53,723 nucleotides of DNA from the NCBI GenBank assembly GCA_964432275.1, contig CAYSMH010000004.1, forward strand, positions 1 through 53,723, in the 5' to 3' direction. This stretch comes from an uncultured Candidatus Saccharibacteria bacterium (lineage in GTDB: Bacteria; Patescibacteriota; Minisyncoccia; Phycocordibacterales; UBA9973). The position numbers and the translations under genes were made by a program. The notes under the pieces were generated by a model. That model was not told the origin of the DNA and did not search any database. It saw only the letters and a program-made list of their open reading frames with translations. Below, piece by piece: positions 15,223 through 22,863 of this stretch; position 1 is the stretch's first letter; each line of letters opens with the position of its first letter.

Positions 15223-15249
15223 TGCTCCGAACCTTAGAGGATGTTCGAA
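15223..15249 (+). repeat. Island motif
   Basis: TGCTCCGAACCTTAGAGGATGTTCGAA. Confidence 0.88.
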
Positions 15250-15275
15250 AAGCTTTAATCTGCTAGAATCAGTCT

Positions 15276-15902
15276 ATGAAAGACAGTGCCAAGACAATCC
15301 TTTGTTACGGAGACTCAAACACCTGGGGTGCTGTGCCAAACTCTGACGATAGATACCCTCGCAGTGTACGATGGCCTGGAGCTCTCCAAGGGCTTTTAGG
15401 AGAGGAATACGAGGTAATCAGTGAAGGTCTCAACGGCAGAACGATGGTTGTTGTCGACCCTGTAAAACCATATCGCACAGGTATTACTCATCTCCAATCT
15501 ATACTCCAAAGTGCAGACCCTATAGATACTGTTATTGTTATGCTTGGAACCAATGATATTAAGAATACATACAATCTCTCACCAAAACAGATTGCAGAAC
15601 ATCTAGAGCAAACTATCTCAATGATTATAGAAAATGATGTGATTGAGTCAGTACAGCAAATTATCATTGTTTGTCCGCCATCAATCATTCATCCTGAAGT
15701 TGGAAATCTAGATGAGCGGGTAGTGCGGGGTATAGAGCTATTTAATGTGCTTCCAAGTTTGTATAAAGAAGTTGCAGAAAAACATGGATGCGAGTTTCTA
15801 AATGCGGGGGACTGTATTTCTTCGAGTAAAAAAGACGGGTATCATCTGGATGCAGATAGTCACATTGCATTGGCAAACGCAATCAAAGGGTTAATTATTT
15901 AA
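15276..15902 (+). CDS. SGNH/GDSL-family hydrolase (esterase/lipase-like)
   Basis: Block I ILCYGDSNTWG, block II GLNGRT, block III MLGTNDI, block V DGYHLD. Confidence 0.85.
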   Translation: MKDSAKTILCYGDSNTWGAVPNSDDRYPRSVRWPGALQGLLGEEYEVISEGLNGRTMVVVDPVKPYRTGITHLQSILQSADPIDTVIVMLGTNDIKNTYNLSPKQIAEHLEQTISMIIENDVIESVQQIIIVCPPSIIHPEVGNLDERVVRGIELFNVLPSLYKEVAEKHGCEFLNAGDCISSSKKDGYHLDADSHIALANAIKGLII

Positions 15903-15904
15903 AT

Positions 15905-16378
15905 ATGCAATTCTATACCCGCAAAGATATTCTCGAAATTGTAAAACCAGACCCATCGTGGATGAATTTCGACGTTCCTGTGACGTATGAGAAAAAGACT
16001 ATTCCTTTGAAAGAGGTAATTGAGACTTTGTATAGTGTTTGGGATGATATTGAAGATTTCGAACGAGTATCCTTTATGGAATACGCAAAGGCTTTTAAAG
16101 ATAATGTAATTTCAGATATACCACAAGAACGAAAACAAAAAATATTTGAAATCTATAATAATAAATTCATTGATACAGAACTTATGGTTCCATGTTTCAT
16201 CTGCAAAGATTTGAAAATCTTGTTACCTGAGGAATATCCTCAAAACATGAAAACTCCTCACAGTGTATATATTGCAGAAGATAGAAACCATCGTCTTGTT
16301 GCACTTGCCTTACGAATTCTTGATGGAGAAAATTTAGAAGAAATACCCGTTACTGTTTTCTTTGGACATATTGCTTAG
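15905..16378 (+). CDS. Hypothetical protein (157 aa)
   Basis: Tightly follows the SGNH gene. AEDRNHRLVALAL faintly recalls the ParB/Srx D-x-x-HR motif, but that is unverified. Confidence 0.5.
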   Translation: MQFYTRKDILEIVKPDPSWMNFDVPVTYEKKTIPLKEVIETLYSVWDDIEDFERVSFMEYAKAFKDNVISDIPQERKQKIFEIYNNKFIDTELMVPCFICKDLKILLPEEYPQNMKTPHSVYIAEDRNHRLVALALRILDGENLEEIPVTVFFGHIA

Positions 16379-16381
16379 CTT

Positions 16382-16437
16382 TCTCCAGACCTTCACAACA
16401 TGCACAACGTTCACTTGCTCCCCCGGTAGGATTCGAA
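16382..16437 (+). repeat. Diverged copy of the island repeat, spanning the tRNA-Asn 3' flank and 3' end
   Basis: TCTCCAGACCTTCACAACATGCACAACGTTCACTTGCTCCCCCGGTAGGATTCGAA compared with the long copy at 12823-12887. Both share the TCTCC.AGA, CTT.ACAA.AT, TTGCTCC and GGAT.TTCGAA blocks. Confidence 0.45.
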
Positions 16438-16489
16438 CCTACGACCAATCGCTTAACAGGCGACTGCGCTACCGCTGCGCCACAGGGGA
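16418..16489 (-). tRNA. tRNA-Asn (GTT)
   Basis: Cloverleaf with acceptor TCCCCTG/CGGGGGA, anticodon loop CTGTTAA and T-arm GTAGG-TTCGAAT-CCTAC. CCA is not encoded. Confidence 0.9.
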
Positions 16490-16557
16490 ATCTGTGGTCC
16501 CTCTAAGATAGAGGAATGTGGCAAGACTATACCATTTTTATCTTTTAGCTTCAACAG

Positions 16558-16794
16558 CTACAGTCTAAAATCACTTTCGTACACCGGCCGACCGTATGGT
16601 GTGGGGTTGTTCCAGAAGTCAAAGCGGAACCAGCCGTAGCCCTGTTCGGGGTAGGAGTAGTAGTCGGGTGCTTGGGCAGCCATCCAAGTGCCTGGCGGGA
16701 GTGCTGTGGGTGCGATGAATTCTCCCCGGATCAAGTGAGGATAGAGTACCCATACGATGAGGAGTGCGCCAATAGTTGCCAATACTTTGCCCAT
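16558..16794 (-). CDS. Small membrane protein (78 aa)
   Basis: N-terminal TM helix (VLATIGALLIVWVLY) and an aromatic/Pro-rich tail. Divergent from pyk. Confidence 0.35.
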   Translation of the reverse strand: MGKVLATIGALLIVWVLYPHLIRGEFIAPTALPPGTWMAAQAPDYYSYPEQGYGWFRFDFWNNPTPYGRPVYESDFRL

Positions 16795-16842
16795 GGAGCT
16801 ATACTACTGTTCCTTGAGAGGAATTCAACTCCATCTATCACT

Positions 16843-18258
16843 ATGCATCACTTCACCAAAAAGACAAAAATAGTCGCAACCATAGGTCCTGTCACCGAAT
16901 CCAAAGAAATGATCTCAATGATCCTTGCGGCGGGTGTGAACGTGGCGCGTATCAACATGAGTCATGGCTCGTATGATGAGCAGTCTCGCAAGATACAAAT
17001 GATCGATCGTGTTGCAAAAAAGGAAGGCTATACCGTGGGTATACTACTGGACCTCTGTGGTCCCAAGATCCGGATCGGGGACTTCGTCAACGGAGCTGTA
17101 GATCTGGTGACTGGACAAGAGCTCATACTGACCGGTACGCCGTGCGAGGGTGATACGTTGCGCGTGTACTTCAACTATCCACACATACAGACCGATATCA
17201 AAGCAGGCATGACACTCATGCTCGATGATGGCAAGAAAAAGCTTGAGGTGGTGAAAGTCAAAGGTACTGATGTGTACACCAAGGTGATCGTGGGCGGCAA
17301 GACCAAGAGTCGTCGCGGAGTGAACATTCCTGGTGCGTATCTATCGATCGATGCATTGACTGCAAAAGATAAAAAGGATCTGGTGTTTGGACTTGCCCAA
17401 GGGGTGGACTTTGTCGCGCTTTCGTTCGTGCGTACTGCAGATGATATTGAGGTACTGCGCAAGCTTCTCAAGAAACACAAATCACAAGCGCAGATTGTAG
17501 CAAAAATAGAAACCCAAGAAGCGATCGACAACATCGATGCAATCATTGCAAGTACCGATGCGGTGATGGTGGCACGAGGAGATCTCGCGATCGAAGTCGG
17601 ACCAGAGCGTGTACCGTCACTCCAAAAGTCAATTATTAAAAAGTGTAACGATAGCGGCAAGCCGGTCATCGTTGCAACTCAAATGCTCGAAAGTATGATC
17701 ACGACAGCAGTACCCACTCGTGCAGAGGTGTCGGACGTGGCTAACGCAATATTTGATGGAGCAGATGCGGTCATGCTCTCCGAAGAAACCACACTCGGCG
17801 CCTACCCACTCGAAGCGGTCACCATGATGACTCATATCGCTGAGCAAACAGAGCGAGAGATCGGCACACACCGACGACACAAGGTACACGCAGGAGACAT
17901 CGTCGACTCGATCTCATCTTCGGTCGTGCACAATGCCGAAGACGTCAAGGCAACTGCGATCGTTGCACTCACCGAACGTGGCTCGACTCCTCGTATGATC
18001 GCTCGGTACAAACCACAGCAGCCGATCATCGCATTTACTCCACACGTACATATCATGCGCCAGCTTGTGCTCGTGTATGGCTGCTATCCAGTCAAGATTA
18101 AGCCGTTTCAATACATTGCGCAGATTATTCCTGCGGTAACTACAACACTCAAAAAGGAGCAGGTCGCTACCAAGGGTGACCATATCGTCATATCTGCCGG
18201 CGTACCATTTGGTGTCTCGGGCACTACCAACATGCTGATGGTTGTCACGGTGGAGTAG
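16843..18258 (+). CDS. pyk: Pyruvate kinase
   Basis: KTKIVATIGP, NVARINMSHG, MVARGDLAIE and VATQMLESM motifs. Start moved to MHHFTKKTKIV. Confidence 0.92.
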   Translation: MHHFTKKTKIVATIGPVTESKEMISMILAAGVNVARINMSHGSYDEQSRKIQMIDRVAKKEGYTVGILLDLCGPKIRIGDFVNGAVDLVTGQELILTGTPCEGDTLRVYFNYPHIQTDIKAGMTLMLDDGKKKLEVVKVKGTDVYTKVIVGGKTKSRRGVNIPGAYLSIDALTAKDKKDLVFGLAQGVDFVALSFVRTADDIEVLRKLLKKHKSQAQIVAKIETQEAIDNIDAIIASTDAVMVARGDLAIEVGPERVPSLQKSIIKKCNDSGKPVIVATQMLESMITTAVPTRAEVSDVANAIFDGADAVMLSEETTLGAYPLEAVTMMTHIAEQTEREIGTHRRHKVHAGDIVDSISSSVVHNAEDVKATAIVALTERGSTPRMIARYKPQQPIIAFTPHVHIMRQLVLVYGCYPVKIKPFQYIAQIIPAVTTTLKKEQVATKGDHIVISAGVPFGVSGTTNMLMVVTVE

Positions 18259-18274
18259 GTGATATACTAGGGGT

Positions 18275-18634
18275 ATGAGTATATCAATCACCGCACAAAA
18301 CATGGACCTGACCCCAGCACTCAAAGAGTACACCGAGAAACGTCTCGGGGGACTTGCGAAGTTTAGCGCGGGAGAGCCGGTCGTTGTAGTTGAGATAGGT
18401 AAGACCACTGAGCATCATCACAAAGGTGATGTGTTTGAAGCCAAAGTACATGTGACCACACCACTTGGCAAAGAGTTTCATGCTGCGTCTGCCAAATCCG
18501 ATATGTACGAAGCAATCGATGATGTGCGATCAGAAATAGTCCGCGAGCTCACTAGTGCAAAAGATAAAAAAACTACACTCTTTCGTCGTGGTGCCCAAAA
18601 GGTGAAAAACATGTTGCGAGGATTTCGTTCTTAA
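18275..18634 (+). CDS. hpf: Ribosome hibernation promoting factor / RaiA family
   Basis: ITAQNMDLTPALKEYTEKRL start and the conserved beta-alpha-beta pattern; 119 aa. Confidence 0.85.
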   Translation: MSISITAQNMDLTPALKEYTEKRLGGLAKFSAGEPVVVVEIGKTTEHHHKGDVFEAKVHVTTPLGKEFHAASAKSDMYEAIDDVRSEIVRELTSAKDKKTTLFRRGAQKVKNMLRGFRS

Positions 18635-19452
18635 CTTTTGTACGTTGAGTACGGCATTCGTTTCCCATTCTCAGGTATCACTTCGTCGATCACAAACTGC
18701 TCACCATCAAGGTGGGCGTTTGTTATTTTCACACGGACACCATTGTCGAAAAAGTACGTGCCGATTGAGCCTACGTAGGCACGATACTTGCGGTCGTTGA
18801 TGATGCCACTATCAGCAAGGTTGAGCTCACCCATATCCTTGGTGAACTTGCCGCACGTTGTAACCAGCGACTCGTCTTGTGGGGTGTGCGTGATAGTGCC
18901 GTCAAAGATTTGTGCAATAGTGGTGGGCAAGAGTGTGAGTGCTTCGGCGTTGAGCTTTGCACGTAGAGTGGGTGTGGTGTCGGTCGGATCGATCGCAACT
19001 TCTGTCGTAGCTAGAATGTCTCCTGCATCGAGTTTGTACACCATGTGCTGGATAGTAACACCAGTGACAGTATCACCATGGAGAATAGCTGATTCGGTCG
19101 GGGTCGCACCTCGGTACTGCGGGAGGAGGGAATAGTGCACATTGATCGTCCCAAACTTCGGCAAGTTGAGCACACGTTCCGGGATTATTTTTCCATATGC
19201 GACAACAACAAAGAGATCCCATTGGGTCTGAGAAAGTTCTGCAAAAAATGCGTCATCGAGTTTTTCAGGTTGCAGCACTTTTATACTGTGTGCGGTTGCC
19301 CACACTTTGGGATCTGGCGGAGTCATGACCATCCCGCGTCCAACTTGCCGATCTGGTCCAGTAACGACAAGAGAAGGGGAATACCCAGCCGCGACAAGTA
19401 CATCGAGAAAGTCAGTCGTGAATGCCGGTGTACCAAAAAAGGCTATGTTCAT
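18631..19452 (-). CDS. fmt: Methionyl-tRNA formyltransferase (short form)
   Basis: IAFFGTPAF, VVTGPDRQVGRG, INVHYSLLPQYRGATP. Only 273 aa. Confidence 0.85.
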   Translation of the reverse strand: MNIAFFGTPAFTTDFLDVLVAAGYSPSLVVTGPDRQVGRGMVMTPPDPKVWATAHSIKVLQPEKLDDAFFAELSQTQWDLFVVVAYGKIIPERVLNLPKFGTINVHYSLLPQYRGATPTESAILHGDTVTGVTIQHMVYKLDAGDILATTEVAIDPTDTTPTLRAKLNAEALTLLPTTIAQIFDGTITHTPQDESLVTTCGKFTKDMGELNLADSGIINDRKYRAYVGSIGTYFFDNGVRVKITNAHLDGEQFVIDEVIPENGKRMPYSTYKS

Positions 19453-19518
19453 AGTAGCATTCTAACATAAGATTGACTTTTCATAAATTAATGATATTGT
19501 TTATAAAAATAATTTGTC

Positions 19519-19800
19519 ATGATGTATGAAGTTATATTTGAATATTTAAGAGTACGAAGGTGTACAAATGGAAATATACGATTTGGTATTTCTGCATTTA
19601 TTCTTGATCAATACGAGTCAGAGTACGTTGTTGATAGTACAAAAAGAAAAATTTTGGAAATTGCCAAAAAGTTTTTTCCAAATTACAACATTCATTCAAC
19701 TAAACAAAGATGTTGTAGTCCAAAGTTACCCTTCACTTCAAAATTATTTATTGATACGCTCTTTATACTTGAGCCTATCAAAAAAACCATTTCTGTTTAA
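19519..19800 (+). CDS. Hypothetical AT-rich ORF between fmt and def
   Basis: 93-aa ORF on the strand opposite the def-fmt pair. Coding status uncertain. Confidence 0.3.
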   Translation: MMYEVIFEYLRVRRCTNGNIRFGISAFILDQYESEYVVDSTKRKILEIAKKFFPNYNIHSTKQRCCSPKLPFTSKLFIDTLFILEPIKKTISV

Positions 19801-19820
19801 GGAAATGGTTTTTTATTTTT
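19781..19820. terminator. Bidirectional terminator
   Basis: AACCATTTC/GAAATGGTT stem flanked by A6 and T6, immediately downstream of the def stop. Confidence 0.7.
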
Positions 19821-20301
19821 GTGGCGGTACATCTTGCACCGCTGTTGCTTTGTCGATAAACAACACACCGTTTAAATGATCGATCTCATGTTGAAATATT
19901 TGTGCGAGCAAACCGCGACCTGACATGACGAACTCGTTACCATCGGCGTTCAATGCTTTCACGGTTGCACTTGTTGATCGTTTGACCAGACCGTACTTCC
20001 ATCGGACTGACAGGCAGCCTTCGGAGAGCTCTTCTTTCTTTTTACCAATACGGATGATTTCGGGGTTGATAAACACGGTATCTTCTTTGAGAAGTTTCGA
20101 TGCTTTTTGTGCAACGACAAAGATGCGCATACTGTGCCCGATTTGTGGAGCGGCGATGGCAACACCATCATCTTGGCCCGCAAGCGCGATCTTCATGTCG
20201 GTAAGTATGTTCTGTACACGAGTACTGGCAATCTCTGTTGTTGTAAGAGGTGCAGCGACTTGGCGAAGTACTGGTGCTGGTTCTTGGACGATATCAGGCA
20301 T
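19813..20301 (-). CDS. def: Peptide deformylase
   Basis: GVAIAAPQIG, EGCLS and HEIDHLNG motifs. Confidence 0.92.
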   Translation of the reverse strand: MPDIVQEPAPVLRQVAAPLTTTEIASTRVQNILTDMKIALAGQDDGVAIAAPQIGHSMRIFVVAQKASKLLKEDTVFINPEIIRIGKKKEELSEGCLSVRWKYGLVKRSTSATVKALNADGNEFVMSGRGLLAQIFQHEIDHLNGVLFIDKATAVQDVPPQK

Positions 20302-20304
20302 AGA

Positions 20305-21600
20305 CTATTTGAGATGTTTAATGTATGCAGCGAGCTCTGCGATCGGGACTGTTTCTTGGCTACGAGTTTCCATGTTGCGAACGATGACTGTGTCGTGCAC
20401 TGCTTCCATTTGACCAAAGATCATAACATACGGGGTACCGCTTTTTTCTGCGACAGCAAGCTGTGCACCAAGACTATCTTTAGATAGAGATTGCATGATT
20501 GGAATGTGTGCTTTGCGGAGGATTTCGACTACATTGAGACTTTTGAGCTTTGCTTCGGTACCCACTTGGATGAAATACACTTTGGGCTTTTTCATAATAC
20601 GAGGAGTAAGATCCTTGAACCATGGTTGCTCCACGATACGATCCATACCGATTGAGCCACCCATAGCGGGGACGTCTTTTTTAGCCCCGAGTTGTCGTCC
20701 GAGATAGTCATAGCGACCTCCACCAGCCACAGTCATCTTTGTACCATCTTCCATTGTTTCGATGATTTCAAATACAGTATGTGTGTAGTAGGAAAGACCG
20801 CGTACAAGGTTCTTGTCGATTTGATACGGAATATTCATTTGATCGAGACATTCGAGTACTTCTTTGAAGTGGCGTTTGCCGGAGGTGCTGAGATAGCTGA
20901 TTGAGTCTGGTGCTCCTGCGTTTATTTCGATAGTTTCTGGTTCTTTAGAATCAAGGATACGCATTGGATTGGTCTTGAGACGCTCTTGATCAATCTCTGC
21001 GAGTTTGTCGACATGTTTTTTGTAGTAGTTGGTAAGTTCGCGCAGATACGCAGGACGAGAATCTTTGTCACCAATAGAGTTGATTGTTACAAAAAGATTT
21101 TTAGCACCTGCTTCTTCGAGAATCGTGTAAATAGTCTTGATGACAAGTGCGTCAACAATACTTTTATCACTACCGAGGGCATCGACATCAAATTGGTAAA
21201 ACTGTCGATATCGACCTTTTTGTGGTTTGTCATGTCGAAATACAGGACCTGAGTGATACAGAAGTACTGGTTGAGGGAGGCTTTGCATGCCGTGTTGTAT
21301 ATATGCACGCATGAGACCCGCAGTTTGTTCTGGGCGCATCGCAAGGTGATCCCCACCCTTAGTCTTGAGTGTGTACATTTCTTTGTCGACAATGTCGGTG
21401 CCAACACCAACTGCGGTGGTAAACACTTCTTCGTGTTCAAGGATAGGAGTTTCAATCGGTTTGAAACCGTAGTACACAGCGACTTCTTGCGCTTTTTCAA
21501 AAAGGCCTTGGAACTTATAGTAGTCATCACTCACGATATCTCGCATACCTTTAGGGGTAGAGAGTTCTTGAGATGACTTTTTTGATTCTTTGTTATTCAT
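20305..21600 (-). CDS. hisS: Histidine--tRNA ligase
   Basis: Class II aaRS motifs: GMRD near the N-terminus, YHSGPVFRHDKPQKGRYRQFYQFD, GGGRYD. Confidence 0.93.
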   Translation of the reverse strand: MNNKESKKSSQELSTPKGMRDIVSDDYYKFQGLFEKAQEVAVYYGFKPIETPILEHEEVFTTAVGVGTDIVDKEMYTLKTKGGDHLAMRPEQTAGLMRAYIQHGMQSLPQPVLLYHSGPVFRHDKPQKGRYRQFYQFDVDALGSDKSIVDALVIKTIYTILEEAGAKNLFVTINSIGDKDSRPAYLRELTNYYKKHVDKLAEIDQERLKTNPMRILDSKEPETIEINAGAPDSISYLSTSGKRHFKEVLECLDQMNIPYQIDKNLVRGLSYYTHTVFEIIETMEDGTKMTVAGGGRYDYLGRQLGAKKDVPAMGGSIGMDRIVEQPWFKDLTPRIMKKPKVYFIQVGTEAKLKSLNVVEILRKAHIPIMQSLSKDSLGAQLAVAEKSGTPYVMIFGQMEAVHDTVIVRNMETRSQETVPIAELAAYIKHLK

Positions 21601-22174
21601 AGGTTACGTCTGCGGGTAGATAGTCAATACTGTTTAATGGCAAAAGGCGGACTAGTGCTCGGCCACGAATGTTGTCTTTAGGAAGACTTCCCCAAGATCG
21701 TGAATCGTAACTGCCGCTTCGGTTGTCTCCCATAACGAAGTATTTGTCTGAAGGTACAGTAAACGTAGCACTATCTTTGAGTGTATGAGAAATAAATGGT
21801 TCTTGGAGCACGAAACCTTCGGGATAAGTATCGTTGGTGATAGTAATCTGACCGTTACTTATTTTGACGGTATCACCAGGGAGGCCGATGATGCGTTTGA
21901 TATAGTATTTACTAGGTTCTGGAGGAGACTTAAATACGATCACTTCTCCACGTTCTGGTTCACGAAATCGGTAGCTTATTTCATCGATGATTAGGTATTG
22001 ACCGTGTTTGATGTTGGGGTCCATTGAGTTACCAGAGACAATAAATGGTCGCACGACAAATGCTTGGATGAGAAGCGCGAGACCGATCGCTGCAGCGATA
22101 TAGAGAACATTTTCAATGAAAACAAGAAAACGACTGCGAGTGCTCGGTACAGGTACTGGGGTGATGTCATCCAT
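21593..22174 (-). CDS. lepB: Signal peptidase I
   Basis: SGNSMDP (Ser box), IKRIIGLPGD (Lys box), VMGDNRSGSYDSR. Its 3' end overlaps the hisS start by 8 nt. Confidence 0.88.
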   Translation of the reverse strand: MDDITPVPVPSTRSRFLVFIENVLYIAAAIGLALLIQAFVVRPFIVSGNSMDPNIKHGQYLIIDEISYRFREPERGEVIVFKSPPEPSKYYIKRIIGLPGDTVKISNGQITITNDTYPEGFVLQEPFISHTLKDSATFTVPSDKYFVMGDNRSGSYDSRSWGSLPKDNIRGRALVRLLPLNSIDYLPADVTYE

Positions 22175-22257
22175 AAACTTGGGTAAGTATAGACGATTTT
22201 GTCACCACAAACAACACACGAGACAATACGACGTTTTTGTAGTTTAATGAACCTAAT

Positions 22258-22818
22258 ATGTATATCCTTATCGGGCTGGGTAACCCAGGTCAGAAATATG
22301 AAAAAAATAGGCATAATGTAGGTTTCCAAGTGCTCGATCAGATCGCGGATACACACGGACTTTCGTTCAAAGATGATAAATACACCTTCTCGCAAAAGGC
22401 TTCGTTTGGTGCAGAGTGTGAACTGGTAAAACCACAGACATTTATGAATGACTCGGGCAAGTCCGCCAAAGCATTCAAAGAAGGGGAGATAGTGGTGGTG
22501 TATGACGACATCGATATTAATATCGGCACTGTGAAGTGTTCATTTGATCGCGGAGCAGGTGGGCACAATGGTGTGCAGTCCATCATCGATCATCTCGGTA
22601 CAACTGCATTTGCGCGCATTCGTGTTGGGGTGCGACCAGTGCATGAAGAGCTTATACCGCGTATTGCACCACCGGACGGATTTGAGAAATATCTTCTTTC
22701 AGATTTTGCGCCGATGGAGTCCGAACTTCGTGAGCAGGGGGTCAAGCGAGCTATAGAGATTATTGAAGTATTAAAAAATGGCAAGAGCTTTGAGGAGGTG
22801 ATGAATATGTATAACTAA
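22258..22818 (+). CDS. pth: Peptidyl-tRNA hydrolase
   Basis: LIGLGNPG..YEKNRHNVGF and GAGGHNG motifs. Confidence 0.92.
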   Translation: MYILIGLGNPGQKYEKNRHNVGFQVLDQIADTHGLSFKDDKYTFSQKASFGAECELVKPQTFMNDSGKSAKAFKEGEIVVVYDDIDINIGTVKCSFDRGAGGHNGVQSIIDHLGTTAFARIRVGVRPVHEELIPRIAPPDGFEKYLLSDFAPMESELREQGVKRAIEIIEVLKNGKSFEEVMNMYN

Positions 22819-22863
22819 TAAAAAACCCCGATACACTGATCGAGGTTTTTTAGTATGAAGAAA

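Noticed and set aside
8497-15249. The repeated 27-nt motif as a CRISPR array
   Set aside because: The spacing is 150-1300 bp and variable, the intervening DNA contains genes with promoters and terminators, and the copies are too divergent. There are no cas genes.
8497-15249. The repeated motif as classical integron attC sites
   Set aside because: There is no intI-type tyrosine recombinase and no attI/Pc arrangement in the window. The motif is much shorter than attC and lacks the paired R''/R' (RYYYAAC / GTTRRRY) organisation. Cassette genes point both ways and carry their own promoters. Only the cassette-like logic is similar.
16672-16842. N-terminal extensions of track ORFs (pyk 16672, rpsA to 24249, cysteine desulfurase 39052, VanY to 3110, DedA 1414, TrpF-like 44056)
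   Set aside because: The extensions lack family similarity and overlap neighbouring genes or promoters. Internal Met codons align with the conserved N-termini of the families.
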